Below are positions 28,628 through 39,086 of a stretch of DNA of 64,000 nt, in pieces; position 1 is the stretch's first letter; each line of letters opens with the position of its first letter. The stretch is taken from positions 979 to 64,978 of the forward strand of contig DASPGI010000199.1 of assembly GCA_035620695.1 (NCBI GenBank). Direction: 5' to 3'. The notes under the pieces were generated by a model. That model had not been told where the DNA came from, searched no databases, and saw only the letters and a program-made list of their open reading frames with translations. Both the position numbers and the translations under genes were made by a program. The stretch is from Alphaproteobacteria bacterium. GTDB taxonomy: Bacteria; Pseudomonadota; Alphaproteobacteria; JAREAF01.

Positions 28628-29049
28628 GCCCCGACCTCCCCATGTTGACGTATGAGATTAGCTTAAGCCCCGCAGGGTCCGAGAACGAAAGACTATTCCG
28701 GTTACTAGGAAGCCCCGGCCGAAGTGTGGCTCGATAAAATGCAACGAAGCTAATCTTTCCATGGCCCGTCCGCAACGAGACTTGCAGGTGGTAGGGTTCG
28801 CACTTTGAGGGCGCGTCCGAAGCCTGGAAGGGAGAGCCACCCGGTGTAGCCGCTCGGCAGCGGCGCCGCGAAGTTGGAAGCCTTCACCCCAACGCCAGCC
28901 GGAGGGGAGTCTGGTTCGCGGCAGATCGCCAGCAAAATGGCCGCCCCGGTTGGCATTCATTATCGAGCCTGTGAGGCCGCTTTATCGTTGCCTACCCGCA
29001 TTCGGCCGCTCGTTGCCGCAGGACCAAAGGCCAAGAAAGCCAGAAATAC

Positions 29050-29138
29050 TGGTGCCCGCTCCGGGACTCGAACCCGGACGGCCCTTTCGGGCCAAGGGAT
29101 TTTAAGTCCCTTGCGTCTACCGGTTCCGCCAAGCGGGC
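29050..29138 (-). tRNA. tRNA-Leu (anticodon UAA)
   Basis: The reverse complement folds as a tRNA. Acceptor stem GCCCGCU/AGCGGGC, anticodon stem AGGGA/UCCCU with loop CUUAAAA (anticodon UAA), long variable arm GGCCCGAAAGGGCC, T-arm CCGGG-UUCGAGU-CCCGG, encoded CCA. Confidence 0.8.
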
Positions 29139-29306
29139 AAATCGCGGCGAAGTCGAGGCGCCGGCGCGGGGCAGAGCCTAGCCCCAGCAGCCCGACCCGA
29201 CAATCGGCACGAGGCACAACGGACCGCGCCTAGTGCGGGAACGGGATGTCGGCCGGGTCAGATCCGAACCTCGATCGCTCCGGCGCGCGCTTCAATCTGG
29301 GTCCGG

Positions 29307-30065
29307 CTATTCGGTGATCGGCTCCGCTCCAAGGCGCCGGATGATCACCTCCAATTCCTCGGCGCAGGCGGCGATGCGGCCGGCCTCGGTGCCGCGGATG
29401 ACGAAGCTTGCGCCGAACCGGCCCTGGCGCACGAAGGGATAGCTGCCGATTTCCAAATCCTCATAGCGCGCCTGCAGGGCGCCGAGATCCGTGGCGATCA
29501 CGCCCTCTCCCAGATAGGCCGCGATGGCGCGCGAGAGCATCGTCCGGCCGCCGGCGAGCCGATGGCGGATGCCCTCGAACATCGCCTGCATCACGGCCGG
29601 CACGCCGGCCAGGACCAAGACATTGCCGATCTGGAAGCCGGGTGCCGCGCTGATCGGGTTGTCGATGAGGCGGGCGCCCTCCGGCACATGCGCCATTCTG
29701 AGCCGCGCCTCGTTGAGGCCACCCGGCGGATAATGCCGCTGCAGCCTTGCGCGCGCCTCCTCGTCCAAGATCAAAGGCAGCCCGAAGGCGCGGGCGACAC
29801 ATTGCGAGGTGATGTCGTCATGAGTGGGGCCGATCCCGCCGGTGGTGAAGACATAGTCGAAGCGCGAACGGGTCTCGTTGACGGCGGCGACAATCGCTTC
29901 GGGAATATCGGGAATCACCCGCGCCTCCATGAGGCGAATGCCACTCGCATTCAGCCGCTCGGCGAGCCAGGGCAAGTTCGCATCCCTGGTCCGGCCCGAA
30001 AGGATCTCGTTGCCGATGATGAGGATGGCGGCGGTCACGGCCCCGGGCTGGTCGATCGCGGTCAT
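29307..30065 (-). CDS. CinA-like / MoCF-biosynthesis (molybdopterin-binding) domain protein
   Basis: 'AAILIIGNEILSGRTRDANLPWLAERL…FTTGGIGPTHDDIT' is the CinA N-domain signature. Start at MTAIDQPG. Confidence 0.65.
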   Translation of the reverse strand: MTAIDQPGAVTAAILIIGNEILSGRTRDANLPWLAERLNASGIRLMEARVIPDIPEAIVAAVNETRSRFDYVFTTGGIGPTHDDITSQCVARAFGLPLILDEEARARLQRHYPPGGLNEARLRMAHVPEGARLIDNPISAAPGFQIGNVLVLAGVPAVMQAMFEGIRHRLAGGRTMLSRAIAAYLGEGVIATDLGALQARYEDLEIGSYPFVRQGRFGASFVIRGTEAGRIAACAEELEVIIRRLGAEPITE

Positions 30066-30093
30066 GGGCTCGTCCGCCCTCAACTTACGGCTG

Positions 30094-30423
30094 CTAGTTG
30101 ATGCCGGCGCGCCTAAGGCAGTCTTCGACAAGGCGACGCCGGCGTCTCTCCTCCTCAAACCTGGACAGCTCGCCCGGGAACGTCTCGGTTGAGCCGAGCG
30201 CCCCCGCTCCGCCGCCACCGCCGCCGATCGGGTCGGGTTCGCCTGCGCCGGATATCGAACGGCTGATGATCCGGTCGCGATCTATTGAAAGCCGCGCCGC
30301 TTCCTCGCATGCCAGGATCTGTTGCGTGCGCGCCGATTCCGCGTCCTCCTCCTGCGCGTGTCCAACAGACGTGGGAGAGAGCGCGGCGATTGCGATGGCC
30401 GCCATCAGACCGGTCCGAAACAT
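30094..30423 (-). CDS. Small secreted hypothetical protein with poly-Gly tract
   Basis: Signal peptide MFRTGLMAAIAIAALSPTSVGHA, then a low-complexity region (GGGGGAGALG). Confidence 0.3.
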   Translation of the reverse strand: MFRTGLMAAIAIAALSPTSVGHAQEEDAESARTQQILACEEAARLSIDRDRIISRSISGAGEPDPIGGGGGGAGALGSTETFPGELSRFEEERRRRRLVEDCLRRAGIN

Positions 30424-30436
30424 CGATTGAGCTCCT

Positions 30437-31135
30437 TCAGGGCAAATCGAACAACAACAATTCGGAACTGTCGCGGCCGTACAGCTCGACCCGGCTTTCG
30501 TCGCTGATCGCGGCGCCGTCCCCGGCAAAATAGGCGGAACCCTCGAGCTCGACCGCGCCGCGCACTACTTGGAGCCAGGCGCGACGACCCTCGACAAGAT
30601 CATGAGCAACGGCGACGCCGGGCGGAATCTCGGCGGCCAGAATCCGCGCATCCTGATGAATGCGCACGGACGCATCCTCGTCGGGGCCGGCGATGACCGC
30701 GAAACGGGCGGTACGGGGTGAGCGGGCGGGAATCGCCTTCTGCTCGTAACCGGGCTCGATCCCACGCTCGGTCGGCAGAATCCATATCTGCAGAAGATGC
30801 ACCGGATCGCTCCGCGAGGGGTTGAACTCGCTGTGCAGGATTCCGGTGCCGGCGCTCATCCGCTGCACCTCGCCCGGGCGGATGATCGAGCCGGTGCCAA
30901 GGCTGTCCTTATGCTCCAGCGCGCCGGAGATCACATAGGTGACGATCTCCATGTCGCGATGGCCATGGGTTGCAAAACCGGCCGCGGGGGCGACCCAGTC
31001 CTCGTTAATGACGCGCAGCGCCCCGAACCCCATATGGCGCGGGTCATAATACTCGCCGAACGAGAAACTGTGGCGGCTATCCAGCCAGGAAAGGCGGGTC
31101 CGACCGCGCTCCTCTCCCGGACGTTTAACGATCAT
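30437..31135 (-). CDS. Pirin family protein
   Basis: Cupin/pirin metal-binding motif '…ATHGHRDMEIVTYVISGALEHKDSLG…'. Confidence 0.75.
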   Translation of the reverse strand: MIVKRPGEERGRTRLSWLDSRHSFSFGEYYDPRHMGFGALRVINEDWVAPAAGFATHGHRDMEIVTYVISGALEHKDSLGTGSIIRPGEVQRMSAGTGILHSEFNPSRSDPVHLLQIWILPTERGIEPGYEQKAIPARSPRTARFAVIAGPDEDASVRIHQDARILAAEIPPGVAVAHDLVEGRRAWLQVVRGAVELEGSAYFAGDGAAISDESRVELYGRDSSELLLFDLP

Positions 31136-31333
31136 GGCTGGCCTCGATCCGTCATTCGGGGAATATCTGGCCAAGAAGATGGTTGATGGCCGGCCCGCGC
31201 GCAACCCCGCCGTCCCTAAAGCGCTTGCCGTTGCAAGGGAGGCAGGCGCGCATTACCTTCCCGGCATGCGAATTTCAACTTTCCTTTCCTCGGTTTCGGC
31301 TTGGATCGCCCTTCACGGGCGGCGTATCTCGGC

Positions 31334-32164
31334 ATGACCACAACATCGCTCGCCAACACCCTGCCCGTGGTCGCCGAGGAGCGCCAGATCGTCCTGCACG
31401 GTCCTGAGGCTTTCGCGGGAATGCGCAAGGCCGGGAGGCTCGCGGCAGAGACGCTGGACTTCATCACCCCCAATGTGCGTCCGGGCGTCACGACCGGGGA
31501 GCTGGATCGCCTTTGCCACGAGTTCATAACCGGCCATGGCGCGGTCCCGGCGCCGCTCAACTATCGCGGCTTTCCGAAATCGATCTGCACCTCGGTCAAT
31601 CATGTCGTCTGCCATGGTATTCCGGGCGAAAAGCGGCTGGTCGAGGGCGACATCGTCAATATCGACGTGACCGTGATCCTTGACGGATGGCACGGCGATA
31701 CCAGCCGCATGTTCCCGATCGGCAAGGTCGGGGTGAAGGCGCAAAAGCTATTGGACGTGACCTACGAGGCGATGATGCGCGGAATTGCCGTTGTCGCCCC
31801 TGGCGCGACCTTGGGAGATATCGGCCACGCGATCCAGAGCCATGCCGAAGCCAACCGCTTTTCGGTCGTGCGCGATTTCTGCGGCCATGGCATAGGCCAG
31901 ATCTTCCATGCAGCGCCGAGCGTGCTTCACTATGGCGCCGCGAGCACCGGCCCGGTCTTGCGCGAGGGCATGTTCTTTACCATCGAACCGATGATCAACG
32001 CCGGCAAGTACCAGGTGAAGGTGCTGGAGGACGGCTGGACTGCGGTCACTCGCGACCGCTCGCTTTCGGCGCAGTTCGAGCATACGGTGGCGGTGACCCC
32101 CGCGGGTCACGAGATCTTCACCCTCTCCCCCGCCGGCCTCCACCGGCCGCCCTACCCGCTCTGA
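31334..32164 (+). CDS. map: Type I methionyl aminopeptidase
   Basis: MetAP-I motifs '…[14 protein letters not shown]…[22 protein letters not shown]…EHTVAVT…'. Confidence 0.85.
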   Translation: MTTTSLANTLPVVAEERQIVLHGPEAFAGMRKAGRLAAETLDFITPNVRPGVTTGELDRLCHEFITGHGAVPAPLNYRGFPKSICTSVNHVVCHGIPGEKRLVEGDIVNIDVTVILDGWHGDTSRMFPIGKVGVKAQKLLDVTYEAMMRGIAVVAPGATLGDIGHAIQSHAEANRFSVVRDFCGHGIGQIFHAAPSVLHYGAASTGPVLREGMFFTIEPMINAGKYQVKVLEDGWTAVTRDRSLSAQFEHTVAVTPAGHEIFTLSPAGLHRPPYPL

Positions 32165-32189
32165 GGTCCTTCTTCGCCCCCATCGCCGA

Positions 32190-32876
32190 ATGCCCTTCTC
32201 CGACCCGCCCCACTATCACGGTCACCGGCAGAGGCTGCGGCATAAATTCCTGCAAGCCGGGGCCGACGCATTGGCCGATTACGAGATTCTCGAGCTGCTT
32301 CTGTTCCAGGCGCAGCCTCGCGGCGACATGAAGCCCTTGGCCAAGGAGCTGCTGCGGCGCTTCGGCTCGCTGGCAGGCGTGACGGCGGCGACGCCGGCAG
32401 AACTCGAAGCAGTGCCGGGCCTGGGACAGGCATCGATCGTGGCACTCAAGATCGTGCAAGCGGCCGCCCTCAGGATGGCCAAGCGCGAGCTGCTCGACCG
32501 GCCAATCTTCAGTTCCTGGGACAAGGTGCTGGACTACTGCCATGCCAGCATGGCGCGCGAGAAGGTGGAGCAGTTCCGGTTGCTTTTCCTGGATTCGCGC
32601 AATTCCCTGATCGCCGACGAGGTACAGCAGACCGGAACCGTGAACCATACCCCGGTCTATCCGCGCGAGGTGGTGCGCCGAGCGCTGGAGTTGCGCGCTT
32701 CGGCCCTTGTCATGGTGCACAACCATCCGTCTGGCGACCCTACGCCCTCGAAGGACGATATCGCCATGACCCGCGAGGTCAAGGAGGCGGCCGAGAAGCT
32801 CGGCATCGTGCTGCACGACCATATCGTGGTCGGCCGCAAGGGCCATGCCAGCTTCAAGGCACTGGGGTTGATTTAG
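32190..32876 (+). CDS. radC: RadC-family JAB-domain protein
   Basis: HhH region plus JAMM motif '…[18 protein letters not shown]…'. Confidence 0.8.
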   Translation: MPFSDPPHYHGHRQRLRHKFLQAGADALADYEILELLLFQAQPRGDMKPLAKELLRRFGSLAGVTAATPAELEAVPGLGQASIVALKIVQAAALRMAKRELLDRPIFSSWDKVLDYCHASMAREKVEQFRLLFLDSRNSLIADEVQQTGTVNHTPVYPREVVRRALELRASALVMVHNHPSGDPTPSKDDIAMTREVKEAAEKLGIVLHDHIVVGRKGHASFKALGLI

Positions 32877-32948
32877 GGGTTTTATCTCAAGCGAAGCAAC
32901 TACAGGAAACTCATATATCATCTTGAAAACACGGAATAAATTATTGAG

Positions 32949-33785
32949 ATGAACGCGATTACACTAACTAGAGTGAGAATAGCGTTTCTGTCACCACTTG
33001 TCTTTGTCGCTGGCATTATCTGTGCTGCCGCGCAAGTGCCGCCCAAGGCCGATAACTCGCGTCACAGCCTGCTGCGCGAAGCCATGCTTGGCCTCGTCTC
33101 GGCGGCAAGCATTCCCGACGGGAGCGCAGACGAGCACTGCATCGCGCTCCCGCTCCGCCCGGCAAGCGACCGTATCCATGGCCCGCATGGCGATGTCCTG
33201 CTCGAGACACGGTGCGAGGTCGTCGAGTACAAGGCTCTCGGCAGCGTACAGGGGGCTGCCTGGAGCACCGCTAGGTACGAATGGACCTTGGTTTTTACTG
33301 CCGAGGACACGGCCCGCGGCGCAGGCGCGCGAGATATCGTCACCGAAGAGGAGGTGGTCTTGTTCGAGGCGCCCACGCCGGGGCGAGTCCACCCTGTTTG
33401 GCACAAGCGTTTTGAAACGGGTGACCATGCGTTCTGGCGTTCCGTGATGCCCGAAATCGCGCCCGCCGATCAAGGCACGGTCCTGCTCAGTTTGATGACC
33501 TGCCTGAATGGCACCGGAGGCTGTGGGCAGGAGTTTCTTCAGCGCCGCCCCGAACAAGGCTGGCTCCCGGTTGCTCAGGATTGGCTCGACCAGCTTCCGC
33601 CCGGCTTCTCGACACGGATCCGGCATGGTGTCCGAATTGACCCGCGCACGTTACGAGGCGAGGCGGGCTTCTATGGCGACCATGACCCGAACTGCTGCCC
33701 CTCGCAACGTCTCCTCCTTCGCCTCGCCTTGCGTGGCAACGCCCTGAACTTAGTCGATCACGCGCTCGTCCCCTCGCAGCAATGA
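32949..33785 (+). CDS. Secreted hypothetical protein (278 aa) with Cys-containing C-terminal region
   Basis: Signal peptide with TM-like segment (…IAFLSPLVFVAGIICAAAQ). Preceded by an unusually AT-rich 70-nt stretch. Confidence 0.45.
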   Translation: MNAITLTRVRIAFLSPLVFVAGIICAAAQVPPKADNSRHSLLREAMLGLVSAASIPDGSADEHCIALPLRPASDRIHGPHGDVLLETRCEVVEYKALGSVQGAAWSTARYEWTLVFTAEDTARGAGARDIVTEEEVVLFEAPTPGRVHPVWHKRFETGDHAFWRSVMPEIAPADQGTVLLSLMTCLNGTGGCGQEFLQRRPEQGWLPVAQDWLDQLPPGFSTRIRHGVRIDPRTLRGEAGFYGDHDPNCCPSQRLLLRLALRGNALNLVDHALVPSQQ

Positions 33786-33934
33786 CGATGGCAAGGGAGG
33801 CAGCCATGCGGCGTCACTTCATCCTCGGCTTTATCGCCATCGCGCTGCTGGCGGTCGCGAATACGGTCTGTGCGCTCGCCGCCATCGGTTCGAGCGCGGT
33901 GAATCTGTCGCGCCTCGACCTCGGCTATATGTGA
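33782..33934 (+). CDS. Possible small membrane peptide (50 aa), translationally coupled (ATGA) to the upstream gene
   Basis: MTMAREAAMRRHFILGFIAIALLAVANTVCALAAIG… has one predicted TM helix. Below the ORF-track length cut-off. Confidence 0.2.
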   Translation: MTMAREAAMRRHFILGFIAIALLAVANTVCALAAIGSSAVNLSRLDLGYM

Positions 33935-34080
33935 CAAGCGTCGATCTGATCCCGGCCGAGAAGGCGCGCGGCATTCCGGTGCGGCTGAAGCTCTACGGCA
34001 ACCTCCGGCTGTCGGGGTTTGGCCGCCGGCACTGGTTCAGCGGGATGACCGAGACGGAGGAGCTGGCCATCCTCGGCTGA
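33931..34080 (+). CDS. Possible small basic protein (49 aa), GTG start overlapping the previous stop (GTGA)
   Basis: VTSVDLIPAEKARGIPVRLKLYGNLRLSGFGRRHWFSGMTETEELAILG. Confidence 0.15.
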   Translation: MTSVDLIPAEKARGIPVRLKLYGNLRLSGFGRRHWFSGMTETEELAILG

Positions 34081-34718
34081 TCGACCTTGGGACGGGAGTG
34101 ATGCGAGGCTTTCGCTGCGCGCCGACGCGGACGATGCCGATCCGGTGGCGAACACTCGTCAAGCTGCCCTGGAGGAGAAGGCCGAACGGCTACCGGACTA
34201 TGAGGGGCCGCGCGCTCGGCGGCTGAGATGGCGGTTTGCCGCGCTCGAGTGCAGCCGGTACGGGTGCTACAGCGTCGTCCGGATCGGGCCGAACCTCGTC
34301 GCCCATTTGCATCTTCCCGATCTCCGCCAACATGGCGGCCGCACCTGGGCAAACGAGCAGATAGCGGCGATGCATAGGAAAGTCTGCGACCTACTGGTCG
34401 ACGCGATCTGCTGGCTGAACCGATAAACGGGCCCGCCTGGTTCGAAGATCTCCTGCGTCAGGAGGGACGTTCGGCTCGGAGAGAAAATGCAAGCGGCAGT
34501 CGGGGCTCCCTCAGCCAGCAATAGAGGCCTTCCTCCTACCGGCCTGTCCGGCAGTAGAGGCTCTCGCCGAAAACATGGCGCGAAGCGGCCGGGAACCCCA
34601 TCAGCGCCCTTGGCAGCGGGGCCGAGCGATAAGCCGCGTAGAGCAGGTTTCAGATACCCTCTTGCGGAACGGTGGGCGCGGCTAGAAGATCGAGCCTCCT
34701 CAATGCTCTTTCGAAGCC

Positions 34719-35567
34719 ATGTCCGACGCTTGGCGCAAGTTCCTCACAAACCGTTTCGCCTTCGCCGGCACCGTCGTCATCGCGCTTATCGTGATCGGCG
34801 GCCTGGGCGCCCCGTTGCTTGCGCCCTACGATCCGCATGAGCAGTTCTTCGATGGCCTCACGCTGGAAGGCGCGCCCTTGCCGCCGAACGAGAAATTCTG
34901 GTTCGGCACCGACCTTTTGGGCCGCGACCTACTGTCACGCTTGCTCTATGGCGCGCGGACCTCGCTTGTCATCGGCGTTGTGGCGAACGGGGCGGCGGTG
35001 ACGATCGGCACCGTGCTGGGTCTTGTCGCCGGCTATGTCCGCGGCTGGCCGGGTGCGGCGATCATGCGCTTCACCGATTTGATGATGGCCTTTCCGGCCT
35101 TGCTCTTGGCGATCGCGCTGGCTGCAATCTTCAGCCCCAGCCTGTGGATCGTGGCGCTGGTGATCGCGCTTGTGAACTGGGTGCAGATCGCGCGCGTCAT
35201 CTATACGCAGACCACCTCTCTGGCGACGCGAGAATATATCGAGGCGACGCGGGCGCTCGGCGCCAACTGGCCGCGTCTCTTGTTCGTCCATGTGCTGCCT
35301 CACCTCGTGCCGACCATTCTGGTCTGGAGCACCCTCGGCATCGCCACGACGGTGCTGTTGGAGGCGACGCTCTCCTTTCTCGGCATCGGCGTGCGGCCTC
35401 CAACCCCTTCCTGGGGCGGAATCATCTTCGAAAGCCAGTCCTATTTTCTCGATGCGCCCTGGCTGGTCTTCTTCCCCGGCATCGCCGTCCTCTTGATGGC
35501 GCTGTCCTTCAACCTGGTCGGCGATGCGCTTCGCGACTCACTCGATCCGACGCAACGAGGACGATGA
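34719..35567 (+). CDS. ABC transporter permease (DppC/OppC-like)
   Basis: Family-5 peptide/nickel permease C-type sequence (…LGTDLLGRDLLSRLLYGAR…). Confidence 0.75.
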   Translation: MSDAWRKFLTNRFAFAGTVVIALIVIGGLGAPLLAPYDPHEQFFDGLTLEGAPLPPNEKFWFGTDLLGRDLLSRLLYGARTSLVIGVVANGAAVTIGTVLGLVAGYVRGWPGAAIMRFTDLMMAFPALLLAIALAAIFSPSLWIVALVIALVNWVQIARVIYTQTTSLATREYIEATRALGANWPRLLFVHVLPHLVPTILVWSTLGIATTVLLEATLSFLGIGVRPPTPSWGGIIFESQSYFLDAPWLVFFPGIAVLLMALSFNLVGDALRDSLDPTQRGR

Positions 35568-35574
35568 GCACAAG

Positions 35575-36492
35575 ATGCTGCGCTTTCTCTTGAACCGTTT
35601 CGTCCAGGCGTCATTCACCTTGCTTGGTGTCACGGCCATCACTTTCACACTCGCCTTCCTGGTGCCGGCCGATCCGGTTCGGATGATCGCCGGGCGCAAC
35701 GCCACCCCCGCGACGGTCGAAAACATTCGCCACCAGCTTGGGCTCGACCGGCCGCTGCTGCAGCAATATGCCGGTTACCTGACGCGCTTGGCCCAAGGCG
35801 ATCTCGGCAGGTCCTATATGCAACGGACAGAGGTTTCGACCCTGATCGCAAGCCGCCTGCCGTGGACGCTGCTGCTCATGGCGGGAGCCATCTTTTTCGA
35901 GCTTCTGATCGGTCTTACCGCCGGCATCTGGGCGGCGACCCGCAGGGGGCATATCAGTGACCGGGCGGTGATGGTGGCGAGCTTTGTCGGCGTTTCCGCG
36001 CCGCAATTCCTGGTCGGCCTTCTCCTGCTCTATGTGTTCGCCTACCTGCTCAATCTGTTTCCGCTCGGGGGAGGAACCAGTTTCAGCCACCTGATCCTGC
36101 CGGCGCTGACGCTGGGGATTACCGGCGGCGGCTGGTATTCGCGGGTCATGCGCTCGAGCATGATCGACGTTCTAAGGCAAGATTATATCCGAACCGCACG
36201 GGCCAAAGGCCTGAAGGAGCGCAAAGTCGTGCTGGTCCACGGGCTGCGCAATGCTATTCTTCCCATTGTCGCCATGATCGGGCTCGATATCGGTATTTTC
36301 ATGAGCGGCGCGGTGGTGGTTGAATCGGTCTATGGCTGGCCCGGGATCGGTCAGCTCGCTTGGCAGGCCATCCAAGTGATCGACATTCCGATCATCATGG
36401 GCGTGACGCTGACGGCGGCGGTCGCCATCGTCCTCGGCAATCTGCTTGCCGATCTGGCGACGCCTTTCATCGATCCCCGGGTCCGGCTCTGA
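35575..36492 (+). CDS. ABC transporter permease (DppB/OppB-like)
   Basis: Starts MLRFLLNRFVQASF…. DppB-type six-TM permease. Confidence 0.75.
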   Translation: MLRFLLNRFVQASFTLLGVTAITFTLAFLVPADPVRMIAGRNATPATVENIRHQLGLDRPLLQQYAGYLTRLAQGDLGRSYMQRTEVSTLIASRLPWTLLLMAGAIFFELLIGLTAGIWAATRRGHISDRAVMVASFVGVSAPQFLVGLLLLYVFAYLLNLFPLGGGTSFSHLILPALTLGITGGGWYSRVMRSSMIDVLRQDYIRTARAKGLKERKVVLVHGLRNAILPIVAMIGLDIGIFMSGAVVVESVYGWPGIGQLAWQAIQVIDIPIIMGVTLTAAVAIVLGNLLADLATPFIDPRVRL

Positions 36493-36529
36493 AGGCCGGC
36501 CTTCGGGAAAACAGGGAGGATAAGAAACG

Positions 36530-38137
36530 ATGAGACTCACGAGGAGCATGTTGCTGGCCCCCGTGGCCGTCCTGATCACGGCGGCCGTGGCGGTCCCGGC
36601 GAGAGCGGAAGGCTCGATGGTCGTCACCTATAAGGACGACGTCTCGACGCTCGATCCCGCGATCGGCTATGACTGGCAAAACTGGTCGATGATCAAGAGC
36701 CTCTTCGATGGGCTCATGGACTACAAGCCCGGCACGACCGAGCTGGTCCCCGATCTTGCCGAGAGCTACGAGATATCGCCCGACGGCACGCAGTACACCT
36801 TCAAGATCCGCCCGGGCGTCAAGTTCCACAACGGTCGCGAAGTCACCGCCGAGGACGTCAAATATTCTGTCGAGCGCGTCGTCAATCCCAAGACGCAGAG
36901 CCCTGGCGCCGGCTTCTTCGGGTCGATCAAGGGTTTCGACGAAATGACCGCCGGCACGACCGAGACGCTGTCCGGCATCACCGTGGTTGATCCCCATACG
37001 GTGCAATTCGACCTGTCGCGGCCGGACGCGACGTTCCTTCACGTCATGGCAATCAACTTCGCCTTCCCCGTGCCGAAGGAGGAGGTGGACAGGCTCGGCG
37101 CCGATTTCGGCAAGAGCCCCGTCGGCAACGGCGCCTACGCGCTCAAGGAATGGACACTCGGCCAGCGCGTCGTATTCGAGCGCAACCCCAACTACTGGAA
37201 GGACGGCAACCCGAAGCTCGACCGAATCGAGTTCCAGGTCGGCCAGGAACCGAACGTCGCATTGCTGCGGCTTCAGAAAGGCGAGGTCGATATCCTCGGT
37301 GACGGCATCCCGCCGGCCCGCTTCCTGGAGGTGAAGAACGACGCCGCCAATAAAGACCTGATCGTCGAGGGCGGCCAGCTCCATACCGGTTATCTGACGA
37401 TGAATGTCCGGACACCGCCGTTCGACAATGTCAAGGTGCGCCAAGCCGTGAACATGGCGATCAACAAGGACCGCATTGTCAAGATCATCAACAACCGCGC
37501 GGTCCCCGCCAACCAGCCGCTGCCGCCCTCGATGCCGGGCTACGACAAGAACTACAAGGGCTACGCCTACGACCCCGATGAGGCCAAGAAGCTCCTGGCC
37601 GAAGCCGGTTTCCCGAACGGTTTTGAAACCGAGCTCTACGCCAACAACACTGATCCCAATCCCCGCATCGCGCAGGCGATCCAGCAGGATTTGGCCGCCA
37701 TCGGCATCAAGGCCGATCTCAAGACGCTCGCGCAATCGGCAGTCATTCAGGCGGGCGGCGAGGGTTCGGCGCCAATGATCTGGTCGGGCGGCATGGCCTG
37801 GATCGCCGACTTCCCCGATCCGTCAAACTTCTATGGGCCGATTCTGGGGTGCGGCGGCGCCGTGCAGGGCGGCTGGAACTGGGCATGGTACTGCAACGAG
37901 GAGCTGGACAAGCTGGCGGCCGAGGCCGATTCGATGACCGATCCGGCCAAGAAGGCCGAACGCGAGGAACTGTGGCGCCAGATCTTCATCCGCATCATGG
38001 AGGAAGCTCCCTGGGCGCCGGTCTTCAACGAACAGCGCTTCACCATGCACGGATCGCGCGTGAAGGGCGATGACGCTCTGTTCGTCGACCCCGTTCACAT
38101 TCCGGTGCACTACGATGAGGTGTCCGTTGCCCAGTAA
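36530..38137 (+). CDS. ABC transporter substrate-binding protein, family 5 (peptide/nickel/opine type)
   Basis: Signal peptide plus SBP_bac_5-like sequence (535 aa). Confidence 0.8.
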   Translation: MRLTRSMLLAPVAVLITAAVAVPARAEGSMVVTYKDDVSTLDPAIGYDWQNWSMIKSLFDGLMDYKPGTTELVPDLAESYEISPDGTQYTFKIRPGVKFHNGREVTAEDVKYSVERVVNPKTQSPGAGFFGSIKGFDEMTAGTTETLSGITVVDPHTVQFDLSRPDATFLHVMAINFAFPVPKEEVDRLGADFGKSPVGNGAYALKEWTLGQRVVFERNPNYWKDGNPKLDRIEFQVGQEPNVALLRLQKGEVDILGDGIPPARFLEVKNDAANKDLIVEGGQLHTGYLTMNVRTPPFDNVKVRQAVNMAINKDRIVKIINNRAVPANQPLPPSMPGYDKNYKGYAYDPDEAKKLLAEAGFPNGFETELYANNTDPNPRIAQAIQQDLAAIGIKADLKTLAQSAVIQAGGEGSAPMIWSGGMAWIADFPDPSNFYGPILGCGGAVQGGWNWAWYCNEELDKLAAEADSMTDPAKKAEREELWRQIFIRIMEEAPWAPVFNEQRFTMHGSRVKGDDALFVDPVHIPVHYDEVSVAQ

Positions 38138-39086
38138 ACAAAGCGGCCGGAATCGCAGCCACACGATCCACAAGGAGCACCATCACCACGGCTGGAACAA
38201 TGCAAATCCGCCGAAGCTGAGGGTGGCTCCCGGCGATCGTGTGGAATTCGACACGGTCGATTCCTCGGGTGCTCAGCTTGGGCCGAAGGCGACCTTGGCG
38301 GATCTTGTCAAGCTCGACTTCGCCAAGGTCAACCCGGTCACCGGCCCCGTCCATGTGGACGGGGCCGAACCCGGTGATGCGCTCAAGGTGACGATTCATG
38401 AGCTCTCCCCCTCCGGCTGGGGCTGGACGGCGAACGTTCCCGGTTTCGGGCTGCTCGCCGAACAGTTCAAGGAACCGGCTTTGCACATCTGGAAATACGA
38501 TGCCTCGAGCCTCGCTCCGGCCGCCTATGGACCCGGAGGGCGGGTGCCGCTGAAGCCCTTCGCCGGCACTATCGGCGTGGCTCCGGCCGAACCCGGGCAG
38601 CATAGCGTGATACCGCCGCGGCGCGTCGGCGGCAACATGGACACCCGCGACATCGGCGCAGGAACCGTGCTCTATCTGCCGGTCGAGGTGCCGGGCGCTC
38701 TCTTCTCGATCGGCGACACGCACGCCACCCAGGGCGAGGGCGAGGTCTGTGGCACGGCGATCGAAAGCCCGATGTCGGTGTCGCTTACCCTCGATCTCGT
38801 CAAGAGTGCGAACCTGAAATATCCACGGTTCACAACGCCTGGCCCGGTCGCCCGCCATTTCGATGCAAAGGGTTACGAGGTCACAACCGGCATCGGCCCG
38901 GATCTGATGGCGGGAGCCCGCGACGCCGTTTCCGGAATGGTCGACCTTCTTGTCGCCAACCACGGCCTGAGGCCGGTCGAGGCCTATATGCTCTGCAGCG
39001 TGTGCGCCGATCTCAGGATCAGCGAGGTGGTCGACATGCCCAACTGGGTGGTGTCGCTCTATTTTCCGCGCATCGTCTTCGAGTGA
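38115..39086 (+). CDS. Acetamidase/formamidase family protein (FmdA/AmdA)
   Basis: '…GPVHVDGAEPGDALKVTIHEL…WGWTANVPGFGLL…GDTHATQGEGEVCGTAIE…' are FmdA_AmdA signatures. The start is uncertain (38115 ATG or 38124 TTG) and overlaps the SBP 3' end. Confidence 0.65.
   Translation: MRCPLPSKQSGRNRSHTIHKEHHHHGWNNANPPKLRVAPGDRVEFDTVDSSGAQLGPKATLADLVKLDFAKVNPVTGPVHVDGAEPGDALKVTIHELSPSGWGWTANVPGFGLLAEQFKEPALHIWKYDASSLAPAAYGPGGRVPLKPFAGTIGVAPAEPGQHSVIPPRRVGGNMDTRDIGAGTVLYLPVEVPGALFSIGDTHATQGEGEVCGTAIESPMSVSLTLDLVKSANLKYPRFTTPGPVARHFDAKGYEVTTGIGPDLMAGARDAVSGMVDLLVANHGLRPVEAYMLCSVCADLRISEVVDMPNWVVSLYFPRIVFE

Noticed and set aside
30220-30300. GC-rich run encoding GGGGGAGALG and nearby 'caacaacaacaa'
   Set aside because: Short low-complexity coding sequence and a trivial 12-nt simple repeat. 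Not a repeat element or array.
36467-37735. 422-aa minus-strand ORF antisense to the family-5 binding protein
   Set aside because: Spurious. The binding protein with signal peptide on the plus strand is well supported.
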